Below are positions 24,259 to 38,670 of a DNA stretch of 64,000 bases, one piece after another; position 1 is the stretch's first letter; every line of letters starts with the position of its first letter. This DNA comes from Antedon mediterranea (lineage: Eukaryota > Animalia > Echinodermata), in assembly GCF_964355755.1 (NCBI RefSeq), contig NC_092675.1:22602912-22666911 (forward strand). Reading direction: 5' to 3'. The notes below the pieces were generated by a model. The model was given only the letters and a program-made list of their open reading frames with translations, was not told the origin of the DNA and did no database searches. The position numbers and the translations under genes are program-made.

Positions 24259-26318
24259 CTAGAAAATATAAAAATAATATTATTTATCAGTATTTAGACA
24301 AACATGTGAATAGTACCTCTCTCTTAATTTGGTAAGTTTTGGACAAAATTATGTGAAACATTTAGGGTCATTTAATTAAGGTCAAATAGGTTAGATGATA
24401 TTACTATCTTTAATATAATGCATTACCAATTCATGGTAGTGATTTATAATGTGATATAAAATATTTTTTTGGTAGAATGTGCACATTTTTGCTAAAAATG
24501 TATCCTAAAAGTTAAATTGCATAAAAATTTGCTTTTTAATCTGTATTTGAATATTTTTTTAATAATTCATCATCAAAGATTAATGACTGAAATCTTCAAA
24601 GTATTCATATAAATCATATTGAATGTAATATCTAACATAAACATATCTCAAACATATCAAAGATTGAACAACTATAATATGAAGATGTTTTGTATCAGTA
24701 ATGTAATATTCAAATTGACCCAAATTCAAAATGCTGTAATAAAATAACACAACCGACAATAAAAAAAATGATGAATAAATTATAATTTAAAATAGCAGAA
24801 TGCACAAACAAATCTAAATGTTCATGGTAGTAGTAATTTGTATCCTGCAAGAGCTATAAAATACTCGTGTTTGCAAGCGTGTAGTTGATGGAGAGCCAGA
24901 TACAATAGCATAGCATTTCCATCAAGTTAAATTTATTCAAAGGACTTTGCGTTGATCTAAATATGTTTATTCAATGGATCTCAGTGTGTGCGAATCTAAA
25001 TGTTTACACACAAACCACTATTAAAGAAAGTGCAATTATCTGGGTGAATCCATTATGATTTACAGTAGTAGTTCATTTGCATTCTATTTTAAAACTAAGC
25101 ATCTGTAATTTAAATTCTTTTTAAATTTTGTAGCTTTTGGTGTATTTTTTAGATATATATATATATTATTTGTTTGTTTTGTTTTTAAAATTTTATTTAT
25201 ATGTATAAAATGTTAGATAGTTCTATTGTCGATCAGTTTTTTTCTTAATCTTAGTTTGTCCACTATCATGACATTGAGTATGATCACATCCAAAGTCGAC
25301 TTCTATGAAACCCAAGTTGCCGACTGTAAGATATCTATGATGTTTTGCAGAGCTAATGTCTTTTAAATCCATAAATGATTGCATTACCATCACCTCATGC
25401 TGCTGCTGCCACATAATAAGTGATAATATTAAAATAGACATACCGGTACACATCTTTTAGGTTAGACTTGCTCCAAGTCTGTATTTATTGTCTTTTTTAT
25501 GTCATTCCACCACACGTTTTGATTTTTGTCTCCAAACTCAAGTAATACAACTATGAAACGCCATATGTGCAAAAATATTTATATTTTTACTAATATTAAG
25601 AAAAAACTCCGTCTGGAGCCCAGACTACTTTTAGGTAATAACTGTTGATCTTAATTTACATGATCATACTCATTTATTTTTCAGAAAACTTCCATGTAGC
25701 AAATTGGGTTTTGTTAAATCTGGCATATGGAAAATTAGGTGCAGCAAACTGGCCAACAGTTCATTTCATAACTGATTAAGAATTTATGCCGATTAATTTT
25801 TAAGGTGTGTTCTTCCAAATAAAAACGAAGAAAAAAAATAGAGTATAGGGTTAACCTTTTACTCCATATTGTAACAGTTGTATTTCAGAATTGGCTATAA
25901 ATAGAAATGCACAATAGATTTGCATTATTATAAATAATTGTGATGAAAATAGAGTGTAACCAGTTGTTATGGGCTATCCTGCCATTTCTTTTGCCAAAGA
26001 AAACTGAAGTAGAATATTTGTACATTTGGCAAAAGAATACATGCTTTTCGTTATCTCTGTATTCTGTAACAGGATTCAGTAATTTAATTTCATTAACATT
26101 ATCGTTGATGATCCAATTATATCTTAGATTAAATATGTCAATAGACTTTCTCTATCTACCTTTTGTAGATTCCCACACAGGTTTAAGTAAACAGAAACTC
26201 ACTGAAATTACTAGTTCACTTTTTAAAGGGACATTCTGGGTTTCAATTTATTACTTAAGCATGTTCGCATGGAACAAATTATCTTATTTTACAAGGGTAA
26301 ATTTAATACAATAACTTA

Positions 26319-26647
26319 AGCCTGTTTATTACAAGGAGAATTCAATGTTTTTTTGCAAAGAACATAACTACAAAATATTTTATCATACTTTTATTATTTT
26401 TCGTTGCGTTTTTTGACCAAGCGTCTGCTGAAGTGTTTGATATGCATGAGTACTCATGAATGTGTGGTTACTCATTTCTGAACTGTAGTTCAATTGTTAT
26501 CTTTGGAAAAAGTAGAAGCCATCTATGTGAACTACTAATTTCGCTATAGCAAAAAATTTACCAGAAAATAACGTTGCAGTAATGTAAGATGCAAATAAGA
26601 AAAGCATGCGCATATAGGGAAATTTTCAATTCAAGTGGAAACAGGCT
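26319..26647. mobile_element. Degenerate Harbinger-like MITE
   Basis: TTA|AGCCTGTTT ... AAACAGGCT|TTA with 3-bp TTA flanks. Confidence 0.5.
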
Positions 26648-26860
26648 TTAGGAACTAGAATTTGTTGCAGGTTGAAATATATGCATCAGCATAAAACAAT
26701 GCTTTTGATTCAGTTGATTCACCTGCGGAAGACTTCAATCTTAATATCTTTTTTCGATAATCGGTGACACAGAAAAGAGATAAAATAAAACTAACAAATT
26801 GCAAATTTTTTAAGTCATAATCTAATGAAAATGTTTCACATTAAAATATGGTATACTTAC

Positions 26861-27046
26861 GAATCACTAGCAATGGATGAATTCCTGGACATAGACTTAG
26901 GTGAAAGGTCAAAGTCACTGTCTGACCTGTAGAGAAAAGACTCCCTCCTCTGTGGAAAGTTTGCAGAAAGCACAAGTGCCGTTGAGGGACTTGATACCTC
27001 AAAGCCTGGGCTCCGACTTGGTGATGCTCCATTTTCGACATCAAAG
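26861..27046 (-). CDS. PDE4: PDE4 first shared long-form exon (UCR1 with PKA site), 186 nt
   Basis: gttacag|c [61 protein letters not shown]|gtaagt; needs an upstream phase-2 donor. Confidence 0.96.
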
Positions 27047-28543
27047 CTGTAACATTATAGAAAAACATAGATACTACTGTAGTTAACATTTATTAAAATT
27101 TCACAATAAAACTTAATATTATTACTTACTATTATACGCAGTATCAGAATATTTGATTTAGGATTACCTTTTTGAAGACCAGAATACAAAATAAAGTTTC
27201 TATACTTCCTTACTAAATTTCATTTTAATTTATTTTTCAACCAATAAACATTAAAATAATACATAACAGAAACAAAGCACAATGGTCAGGGGCAACTAAA
27301 GCAAAAAATTACAACTCAAAGCGTCAGTTGCCCCTAAAAACACCCAAATACAAAAAATATTGCACCAAGTAAAACAATTGTACAAGCTTATTAAAAGTAT
27401 CTTTATACTAAAAATTAGTATAAGGGATGTTTTGTAATCAATATATTCAGATAATATGACCAAGAACAACATTTGGCTAAAATTTAGGGGGTGATTAAAC
27501 TCGACTTGCATTAATAATAGATTTAACGAAGTCCAAAAAGTCTTGTCTTTATTTAGCCCAGGGAGTCAACTTCCTGTTTAGCCTAAATTAGAGGGATATT
27601 ACTTGATTCCTGCTGGTTTTATTCGTTATATCCCTAATTATTCAAAATCACGTATTCATAATTTTATTTTGTATATATTTATCTTTTAAGTTTTTTACCA
27701 GCATGTTAGTGGTGATTACAAAAACATACATTTTCTTTCACTATATTAAATTTGCATTTTGTAAACCAGAATTTGTGAAAAACCAAAGATTAGGGCGAGT
27801 GCAACTGCAAGGTTATATCTGCTATTAGGAGTGTTATTAACACATTCATTTATGAATTGTGGGTACATAAAAGTATGGTGTATGATGTATTTTGCAACAC
27901 GAAAAGATTCTGAAATATGAAAGCAATTTACATAAATCTCCAAACAATCTTGTTGTGGTTTCAATGCAACAAGATGTTTTGAAATTAAAATTTTCAGGAT
28001 GCAATGTATGTCAATTAATGTAAAATTAAGTTGTAAAATAATATGTAATCAATAGAGAAGCAATGTTATATCGATTCTTTGAAATCATTAAACATTTAAT
28101 ACATTGATGCATGAGAGTATATACTGTGGAGCACACTTAATCCGGTTTCCATTGTCAAAAAAAAACTGAAATGAAAACATTTTAATATGGATTCTTGGCT
28201 TATATACGGATTCTGTTTGTGATCATCAGATTGATTAACTAAAGTTTTAAAACATAAGCTATGTTTACATGTTTTTTAATACAGAGTAATAAGATTTTAA
28301 TTGTAACATTTCAGTTTAGTTTTATTCTGCGTTCAAACACAAGGATCTGATATCCAGATGTCTTGTTAATTTGTTACATTCTAAACCATCGGTAAACCTG
28401 TGTTCCCAAGTTATATCATAGACACATTTTCAGTACATTATGGTTATTAATTGACCGCATAAGCACGTGGATATAACTTGGATAGAGTGTGTATAGTACA
28501 GAGTTACTCAAACATGTGAAAATACAGTTTCACAGTGTATATC

Positions 28544-28725
28544 AAAGAGTTTATAGGATTTGCTAGAGGGCTGACCCTGAAGCGTTGAAACAAAACGAGA
28601 ACCATAAATATGGCTACTCGTAAATCTGTTCAAAAATATCATTTAGTATATAAAATAATCTAATATAATAAATTGCTATAAAATGGGTTAGGGTTAGAGT
28701 CTGCCCTCTAGCCAATTTACTCTTT
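28544..28725. mobile_element. Small inverted-repeat element
   Basis: AAAGAGT...TTGCTAGAGGGCTGAC / GTCTGCCCTCTAGCCAATTTACTCTTT. Confidence 0.45.
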
Positions 28726-30100
28726 AGCGTATATATTTATTTGTCACAGTCACATTGGGAATTTAACGTGCTCCACCATAGAGTAACACATGAAGGCAAA
28801 TCAAGTAATGGGGTGTTTAAACTTAATCTATAGTACTTGATTATGCACACACAAAAGAATTACACACCATCCCCACTGTAAAAATCCTGTAAAAATGTCT
28901 CATTCCAGATTTTCATAGATCCACCTGTATCCCAGTAATTTTGCCTACAAAGACTAGGGCTATACATGACCATTTAGAATTTAGCCTGCAATTTGAAATC
29001 CAGTATTCTATTCAGACGTAGATGATGATTAATTTATGATTACTAAAATGGATAGAGTATAAATACTGAATTAATGCAATTAAGGCAGATTAAAATAACT
29101 AATGCATTAGTATTCCATTAGTGTAAAATGTGCCTTGCCATCACAAATCTTTTAATACTTTCTAAGCGAATGTTCACTGAATAAAATAAAATATAAACAT
29201 TTATCAATATAGTAATATCCTAATACATATGCTAAATGAATTCAGTTGATAATGGATTAATGCCGTTAGAGTAATATGTACGAGTTAAGTGCTTCATAAT
29301 ACGAGTACAGAAGACGTTTCTCATGATCTATTGGCCTTGTAGTCATGAAGGCATAAGCGTCATAGTATAATAGAGTATTACTGAAACTCGCAATAAGTAT
29401 TGTTTGATGGAGTATTGAGCCTCTATGATGTGTACATGACGTTCTGGATTTAATGTGCATACAATAAATATCACTTTAAACGTTTTTTAAATGTGGTTTT
29501 TAGTGTAATGTTACGCAGAATGAGTATACTGTAAAAGGGGACGAGAAGTCAACTACTATTTACTATTTAAGCTTAATTTATTTACAGTGTTACACATAAT
29601 AACATACATATACAAATAGGTACATATTGTAAAGATTGGTTTCCAAATGGACCCAAATCAAGGACATAAGGCCACCATAAGTAATTTGACCAATCATAAC
29701 AAGATGTGTCATCGGAACTCTCACTTGTGATTGGTCAACTCCTTGTATTACGCATGCTGTACATCAAAGTGTTTATGTTTTGTTGTTTTACAACCCATGA
29801 GCATGAATATGTACAAGATAATAAGATACTAAATTACTTGCAACTGAACATACTATAGGTACAGTACCTATTTATTTTCACAAGCCAGAAATAGCCCATA
29901 CATAGTTATTAGATGGTTTTCACAATCTAAATGAGTATAAATACTGTAGGCAAGTGATGGTCATGCTTAAATCTCCTCTTATTCTTTACTCCATGAATGT
30001 ACCATGGAGTAAGTTTACTCCATGAATGTACTTAGGTAGCTTTTCACAATCAAGGAGTACAAATGGGTACTAGATGATAAGAAACAATTACTTTGCAGCT

Positions 30101-30522
30101 TTACATCTAGGTACCTATTTATTCTCACTAACCCAAATGTATAAATGAGTACTATATAATATAGTTTAACATCTAGGTACCTATTTATTCTCACAACCCA
30201 AATGTATAAATGAGTACTATATGATATAGTTTAACATCTAGGTACCTATTTATTCTCACAACCCAAATGTATAAATGAGTACTATATGATATAGTTTAAC
30301 ATCTAGGTACCTATTTATTCTCACAACCCAAATGTATAAATGAGTACTATATGATATAGTTTACCATCTAGGTACCTATTTATTCTCACAACCCAAATGT
30401 ATAAATGAGTACTATATGATATAGTTTACCATCTAGGTACCTATTTATTCTCACAACCCAAATGTATAAATGAGTACTATATGATATAGTTTAACATCTA
30501 GGTACCTATTTATTCTAACAAG
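30101..30522. repeat. 65-bp minisatellite, about 6.5 near-identical units
   Basis: Unit ATCTAGGTACCTATTTATTCTCACAACCCAAATGTATAAATGAGTACTATATGATATAGTTTAAC starting at about 30105, 30171, 30236, 30301, 30366, 30431 and 30496. Confidence 0.95.
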
Positions 30523-30749
30523 CCAGGAGTATCATTTAAATACCTATCTAAAACAATAATATGGTTAGATGCAATATTTGTAAATTAAGATCCCAGTTTT
30601 AAATTGACATATCAAACTTTATACTATACTTATCATTCTCCATGTTGTCTTATATTTTCACTAAAATTGTAATAACAAAATATCAACATGAAAACAAATT
30701 ACTGTTAATATTATAGCTGTAAGAAAATATGTAGGATTCTGTAGCTTAC

Positions 30750-30799
30750 CGTTTTAATACCTCTGGATAGGTCCGTAACCTGACAAAGCGCTTCTTCAT
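30750..30799 (-). CDS. PDE4: Candidate alternative first coding exon A of PDE4
   Basis: MKKRFVRLRTYPEVLK + CG|gtaagc, phase 2, joins as ...LKRFDVENG; a further in-frame ATG at 30808. Confidence 0.65.
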
Positions 30800-33734
30800 A
30801 TCTATCATTATAAATAATATAATATACACAGCATCAAACTAAAACCATTGACCAATCTAATTGAAATGCTAGCACGATACACGACATAGTTCTACTATCA
30901 GCTAAACAGCCAGCAATGATAGAAAAAAACCTGTACAACTTGTTAACGGGAAATCCTTGATACATTAACAGGCAAATCGGCGCCAATAAACAGGCTTTAT
31001 GTTTTGATACAAAGCCGTAGAAACCTTTCAACACAGACTGAAGAAGAGAAGAATCTAATGAAGTCGCGCTTCAATGATTCTATCTAAGTACATCACAACA
31101 AACAGACAGCTAGCCAATAAGAAATAAACTCGTTTCTAATACCAGTATTATTATTATTTGTTGTTTAATATCATTTTTGATGTTTATTCTAATCTCATTA
31201 TCGATTCTCTACGTAATGTTCTGTAATTAAGATACAAAAATACTTTAAATATTAATTTACTGTATAGAAATAATAATAATAAAAATGGAAATAATATAAA
31301 TAACATTTTTAAGCATGGCAATTATAATAAATTGAATTATAAATAAATTATGTTTAATATAAATTATATACTCATTCATTATTCAAACTCATCTTTTCAA
31401 ATAAATCAAGAAATTTATTTTATCTAATTTTAATTTGATGAATAATTTAATATTATTTTCAATTAATTAAATTCTTAAACTGAAAATGTTTATAAAACTA
31501 ACATTGCAGTAATAAAGAAAATGCTAAGAATATGTAAACAAGATTTAAACACTATCATAAAATATATTTTATATATATATAAAATAATACCCCAAACTAA
31601 CTCCTTCCGATCCTATAACTGAACCTCACCCTCTAAATATTCCATTCTACAGACCTAATCTAGGGGCGTGCATAGCATGTGGTGTTTAGTAGTACCAAAA
31701 ATTACAACTTCTCATGCAACTGGTATTATTGAATAAAACATTTAATTCAAAAGAGATTTTCCAAGCTAAGTAACATAAGTGTAATATCTGATTCTGAACA
31801 GCTAGACTTTTAAGCCACATGGATTACCGAAAACCTAGTGCTGTAAATCGGAACATATAGTGTACTGTATATAGTAATCTGGGTTATATAGGCAAGTGAA
31901 TATAATTATGTGATGGCTGTACCAATCTATCAAATTGCTATAGATACTAATCTATCATTATGGCTATAGATACCTGCCATACATACTAGCACTAGGACAC
32001 AACTCATATTCTATAATTACTGACAAATCATTACCCTAGCCATTCATTAAGTAATGAACTGAATACTTGAGATGTCAGCGATCATGTCATGTGAGTAAAT
32101 CTGTTATGTACAGAGAATTTAGGCTTAATAATATTAAACAGGTTACTAGTAGTAGTATAAAAAAAAACCTTTTATATTTAATTTCAAAACCAGCCAAGTA
32201 TGGAGAAATCTAAACATCTATCATGTGCTCTTCGGTCAGGAATTTTAGGTGAAAATTAAGTCGCCTTAATAAAATTTAGGAAAGAGGTGTTTAGTGTTTT
32301 CAAATGTAGACACACTGCAGTGTCTTGAAATAAATCTAATAAATTAAGACAATTTTCTATATAAAAATAAGTAATATCATCCTAAAATATCTCAAAACTT
32401 ATTAATACCAAATTTAAAAAAAGCCAGAATTGGCTTCTTACTGTATATACCAAAAAATGAAAGGAGAGTTTAATATTTCCTCAATTCCATATTTGGGCAT
32501 CAGAAAAGACTATTAGATCAAAATGCATATGTGCTCACATGAACGGTTATGTTAAAGACTAGGGTTAAACACAGCAATGTATTCATGTGATCTTTCAGAC
32601 ATTTTTAATAGCAGCAGAATTTTTGACATATATATATATTGCCAGAGCTTGATTTCACCATGAACAAATGTTTCAGATTGAAGAGCATCCTGTTACCAGT
32701 TTGCTAAATTTTTATTCTTTAATTGCCAATCAAAGTTACAAATAAAAAGTCAGCTCTGTGGCGCTAGAACAGACTAAGAAGAGGATCGCAGGTTTGATTG
32801 TCGATCCACACGCAAAATGCTACACCAGCCTGTATCTGAGTGTGAACATACCCTTGTCACAACTGGCGACTGTTTTTTTCAGCTACAATTTTAAAACACC
32901 ACTAAAATAAAACTAAGTTTCACATTTAACTGAGTATCATATACTATGTATGATCATCCTGAGTTTGATCTTTAGGAATCTCTTTATTGTTTAATGTCCT
33001 AATATAGTTACCTCAATAACTTCCTTTACATAGCTAGCCTAATCTTATTCTTATTTTTAACCTGTTTAAACACTACGACAGTAAAACACCCAGTTCAGTT
33101 AAACCAGGTTGAATAGAACTAACAAAATAAAGCCGTAAAACATTACAATAAACAAGTGACAAAACATAGACGAATATACTACTATTTCCAATGTGTGAAT
33201 CAAACCTGAAGAGAAATGCTAAAATCACAATTCCAGACAATCAAAGTTGCATTTGAACTATACAGCTAGATGTAAAAAGTACAGACTGTTAGTTTCTGCA
33301 AAATATACACAATGTCTTCCTTACAGAAGTGCAGGACTAAGAATACAAATACAAAGACCTCTTTGGAGGTCTATATACACACAAATAGGTAGTTCACAAG
33401 ATCAGAATTGTTATGCTTAGTTGGGCAAGGCATGTAACAGGAAGTTGGCCAACAGTTCAACAACGAATACACAATTTGTATAATTCAAACTCAATGAATC
33501 TAAGGTCGTCATTAAATAGCAGTTATCGTAACAGTATCTTCTTTGGCAATTAAAATCAATCTCATGTTTTAATAAGTTGCGAAAACCTGGTAGTAATTTG
33601 TTTGGTAATAAACGATAAAAGTTAGATTGTCAAACAATAGAGAATAGTAGTAGTGTTATTGATGTCAATAAAATAATCTAAAAATAGATTATTTGCGTAA
33701 TTTAAACTATGTAATAACACACACAGGACAAATA

Positions 33735-34080
33735 TTCAGTAACCAGTTAAATGGCAGCCTGAAAATAACGGTTAAAAACACCCGATCGATTAGGTGTTAG
33801 AACGCCATTTAAACAGTTAGCGCTGTGTAACAAACTGCAAAGCAAATAAGGGTTATTTGATTGACAGCTGATGACCTTGAGTCAACTACACTGGCAGTAA
33901 CGTATGATTTGACCGCCAGAGCCCATTGCATTTTGGGTAAAGCTAATGATTTCCGTCAATGACCCCCTCGTTGATTTAAACGGTTATTTAGGAGCACAAA
34001 TTTAGCATAAATGCAGTCGATAATAAAAATTATATTTTAACATCAATTTTGAAATATAAATGGTTTATTCGGCGCTATAA
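33735..34080. mobile_element. Repeat F2 copy
   Basis: Colinear with 14550-14855. Confidence 0.65.
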
Positions 34081-34477
34081 CAGAATAATTCACAATTAGT
34101 TTAATGAAATTTGGTTATAAACATAATGATGAAAATGCAACATTTAATTCAAACATTAGTAGTAGTAGCAGTATAGATATTAGCTAACCATCACATGGGC
34201 AAAACTGTGATCGATAAATAAGTTCATTTGCTACTACATATTGAAAACTATATTCTTATGTTCATACTGTAGGTGCTGGTAAAAAATATAAAATGTTTGT
34301 TTAAAAAATGTTATGGACAATCCCAACAAAGTATCTTCTGCTGTACAATAATCACCACCCATTCATTTCCAAACAAGGAGAGTGCACACTATAGATGAAT
34401 AGATGTCAGAAACACTGGAACAGAAAACATAAATTAAGTCAAATCATTTCAATCTATTAAACAGTTTATGTCCTTAC

Positions 34478-34491
34478 GTTGAGGTAGCCAT
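34478..34491 (-). CDS. PDE4: Candidate micro first coding exon (MATST) of PDE4
   Basis: ATG GCT ACC TCA AC|gtaagg, phase 2; very short, so chance cannot be excluded. Confidence 0.3.
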
Positions 34492-35232
34492 ACATTACAT
34501 AAAATTAAATACATTATGTTTGGAGCAGAAAGTTTTTAAGAACAGAATTTACAATCAAAGTGTTTAACCTGTAGAGGGCAGTAAGCATGTTAACTTCCTT
34601 CTCAGAAACCTTTTTACTAAATACTGCCACCAATAGTTTTTTTTAAAACAATAATAGAGTTCAATTAGTGGCAGTATTTTTTGACACTGACAGATGATTT
34701 TACAGCAAAGTTAATTTGTAGTATTAATATTTGAAAACAATGAAATTTGATTCGAGTAAACTTTATTCCGAAAATATATAAACCAAACCAACTTGATATT
34801 CCTTAAAAATGAAAAATTATCAACTTCTTTTTTATGCTTAATTATATTTCTGAAGAACTGATTGTCAAATCAATAGTACGGTAGTTATAAATCATAAAGG
34901 CATGCCTAAATAATTAATTTAGAGAAAGTCTAGACAAGTTGATGTCGTGGCCACAAAATCCGAAATTACAGTATTAGTAGACCAGTGTCGTAATAAACCT
35001 CCATTTAATTATTGCTACTTATGCGAACATTGATCGTTTTAATTCCTGAAATAACGTTTGCAACATATACCGTATAGCTATTCTTTAAATGGAATTGGTA
35101 GTTTGTATAAAAAAAAACAGGTGCCCCTGCTTTATATCTTAATGTTCGGAAACCAAAACCGAGCTACCGGTACCTGAAATGTAACATTCTGTGGGCCTAT
35201 TGGGTAACCGAAGAGTATACCACCACAACAGC

Positions 35233-35594
35233 GAGTCATATGGCCGAGCGGTTAAGGCAGGGGCGCCGTTTATCGTACCTAAAGAGCCAACAACAACATC
35301 GGCAAGGGTTCGAGGCCGACTCGCTCCTAGTTCTGGTGGTGGAACAAGTCTTCTCGGATAAGGACTATAAACCGTAGGTCCAGTGTACACAGTTATAACC
35401 TGTGTGTACTTTAAAGAACCCAGTTCATTATTCGAAAAAGAGTAGGGGGTTACCCCGGTGAACTGGTTCACACAATAGCCTCTGTATCAGGGGGATTACC
35501 ACCTATCTGATAGGACAGTGATTAATTCACTATTGGTAATCCTTGGCCACAGTGCCTAAAGACATAAAATAAAATAAATAAAAAATAAAATAAA
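35233..35594 (+). mobile_element. tRNA-derived Deu-domain SINE (copy 3)
   Basis: A-box TGGCCGAGCGG (35241), B-box GGTTCGAGGCC (about 35307), central body, (TAAAA)n tail. Confidence 0.8.
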
Positions 35595-37140
35595 CAACTT
35601 GACCAATCAACACTCTTGCTCTATTTATCTGAACGGAAAAAAAACGAACTTGAGCTACCTTATTTAAGAATTGATATCAGGAATTAACCAAATAAAAGTA
35701 ACACACCACCGTAACAACTTGGTAAAACAACACACGCAAAGATATGTCACATTTTTGTTTTGTCTTATTAGATGTAATCTTTCTGGCTTATTAACAAAAT
35801 TGATGCATTCATGATTGCTTTAAAACAAACTTAAAGAGCAACAAAATATGTCAACATGTGTAAACAAACAGTTTGCTTTTTTTTTTCAAAACATTATAAT
35901 TAGAATCAAATGGTTGAATACTTAAAGATATGCGACATAATTTATTTTATAAAGAATAATTTAATCCTGAATGTTATAACAATGTTAAAGACCAAAAAGT
36001 TAAGTGGATTAAGTTAATCCTATTAATATCTCCTGGGGTTATGTGATTTGTAGGGGGACAGTGTGAGGGAAGAGGATGCATGCGGCATGATTCACCTTAG
36101 GATTTTCAGGCACGGGTGGCTAAACAGACTTTATCCACCCACCCTTCTAATTTAACAGCCATGGCTTTTTAAAATAATATGACTATTTTTTCTTTGTATT
36201 CAACCTGACGGATCGTTTTTATCATTTATGAAATATTTAGCCCCTAGCCCCCCCCCCCCACTATTCTATAATGCTGGATCTTCCCCTGATTTTAGTAAGC
36301 AGACAAATTACTGAACTCCTTGCCTTTAAAGCAATTACAACTTGTATTCTACAGGTTTAAGAACTCAATTGTGAGAGTTTTTTGCATGACAGTAGGCGGA
36401 GCACTAGTGATAAATAATAGTCAGTTTATCTCAGGTAATCTTCATCAAAAGTTGGATGTTTACTTGGTCAACCAATCCTGCTTCTGAGTGTCAATTGTGT
36501 ACACTATGTTAATAACCTAAACCTATACTTCAGTATTCAATACACACAATTCACTGTAAGTGTGATGGGCCAAAGGTCAATGCAAACTGTTATTGGTAGC
36601 ATTCCAGTGGAAGCTACAAGTTACTATAGAAATATAATTATATAACTTTAACCTTCTGATGCAAAAGTTACATAGTTTACAAGTTCAAGACACTTATGAA
36701 AACCATGCTAACATAAATCTTGGATTATTTCTTACAGCTACAAATAATAAATGTAAAACTAAAATCTTCACAGTGCTATATTACCGTTTTTTTCTTAGTC
36801 AAAAGTATATCTTTTGTAAATATTTCAGTCTCGGGTATTTACTACCAACATAGAGCAACAACTGCAAAGAATCCATCCATCAATTAAGTAAACATAGAAA
36901 ATTAATATTAATTAACAACAAGATCTTCATATGTGTATCACATTACAATCATGTATGGAAACTTGCTGATAAGTAATGCATGGACGTGTGCAAAAGCTTA
37001 CTGATATTAAGCAATCAATATGGCAATTGTTATCCATTTACAATTCTATATTACTTGTTATTATTTATTATATTGTTGTTATTACAAAGTATGCATTATT
37101 GCTCTCAAAATCACCAAAATAAGGAACTTCCAATAAATTA

Positions 37141-37445
37141 ATTGTTGTTGTTGTTAACCTTTTCCGTCTTCCAACATTACGCTTTCCACAATTTGTTCCA
37201 TTTTTTTCTGTTTATGGCAGGAGATGGTTTGTTATTGTGTTAGTATCTACTAGTCCTTGTAAGTCTTTCTTTATTTGATTCATCCAGTTATTTCTTGGTC
37301 TTCCTACGGGTCGTTTTACTTTCCTGTTAGTTTCCTTCATTGTTTGTTTGATTGGAGTATCAATAGTTTTAACAAATTCATTGAAATCGTTTAAAAAAAC
37401 ATAAAATATCAAAGTGATATACCAACATTAACTACATTTCCCTTT
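37141..37445 (-). mobile_element. RTE-type LINE 3' fragment
   Basis: KRPVGRPRNNWMNQIKKDL matches the KR..GRP...W...I..DL motif of RTE ORF2 C-termini; (ACA)n tail. Confidence 0.65.
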
Positions 37446-37470
37446 TCTTCTCGTATTTCCCCATAATTTA

Positions 37471-37604
37471 TAAAGCTCTGTCAAACTAGTTTTGACAAAA
37501 TGTGTGATGTGCCCAAATATGGTAGTATATGACATCATCTTGTCCATATATGGGCACATCACATTTTTTGTCACATAAAGTTTGATAGTGTAGACAGACC
37601 TTTA
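37471..37604. mobile_element. MITE family F1 copy
   Basis: Same internal ATATGGTAGT/ATATGGGCACATCAC motifs and TIR GTTTGATAGTGTAGACAGA. Confidence 0.85.
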
Positions 37605-38670
37605 CTACTTTCGTGTTTGCATTTGTATTCATAATTCGTTGTGTTCGTTATTTCATTCCATAATGAAAAAATTGTATTCATCAGTATTTCAAAGGTTGTT
37701 TTGATTTTGTTACACATGATGGACGATATGCGACTTCAAAAACCAGGGTACAGCCATTTATATTGCCATGGTGGGTAGTCATAGTTCACTCTCCATTTTT
37801 TGACAGTAAAATCAAACTTTTTTGTGAACTATTCGTTGGCATCCGACTGATTGGATTTTGTGGTAATGACTTAAATACAATTTTTGTTTAGTACAGGTGT
37901 GTTAAAATAATTAATGCATGTTTTGTATTTGTTTTAAAAGAATATAATTATATTTTACTATGAAAAATATTCTCTTTAATTCTCTTGAACACATACTAAA
38001 CATTTGTGTACCATTGTACAGTTTGAGATCATTTGGGCATAAATTTGTTAAAAGCATTAAATAGTATTAGAACTATAATAGAGTTGACCAGACAATAACT
38101 ATTACACAAAAGGATAACATAGTTGTTACATTGTGTCAGTATTACTGCTGTCTTGGTGTTACTTCCTTAATTTGTTTTTAGATTAATGTTTGAAAATTGA
38201 AGAGAACAGCAATGTTAAATTGAGATAATGTACAATATGAAAATTTAAATGTCACACCTGACTGTAGTAAGTGATTTTAAAGCATCTGTAATTGACTGTA
38301 AACTTTGAATGATCCTCTGGCGAAAATATATGGTAAATATTTTAATTTCCAAATGTCAATGGCCTGGTGCAGAATACAAAAATAAAATATGATGCACTTA
38401 TTGTATGAATTGCATTCATTTGTTATGTTATACAGAAATTGCTTTATCTATAATATCTCAGAGGTAAGCTGCATTTCTTAGTTAGAGTTATACTTGCTAA
38501 AAATTACTTAATATACACAAAAATACCATATTTTTTTTAAAACCTGAATTTGTTGGTATGACATATGGTGGAGGTGCAGGGATGTTTAAGTTTTTCTCTT
38601 TAAATTAAAAAAATAAAAAAAAATAACATTAATAGCACATTTAGGCTTAAAAAGCATACTAAATACTTAC

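Noticed and set aside
25223-25453. Possible short-form PDE4 first exon between the UCR1 exons
   Set aside because: No ATG-initiated frame ends at a phase-2 donor compatible with the exon at 24258.
30101-30522. CRISPR-like regular array with palindromic core
   Set aside because: Units are identical end to end with no unique spacers, there are no cas genes, and the context is a eukaryotic intron: a minisatellite.
35233-35320. tRNA gene
   Set aside because: A/B boxes run directly into a repeated SINE body and no proper cloverleaf is evident.
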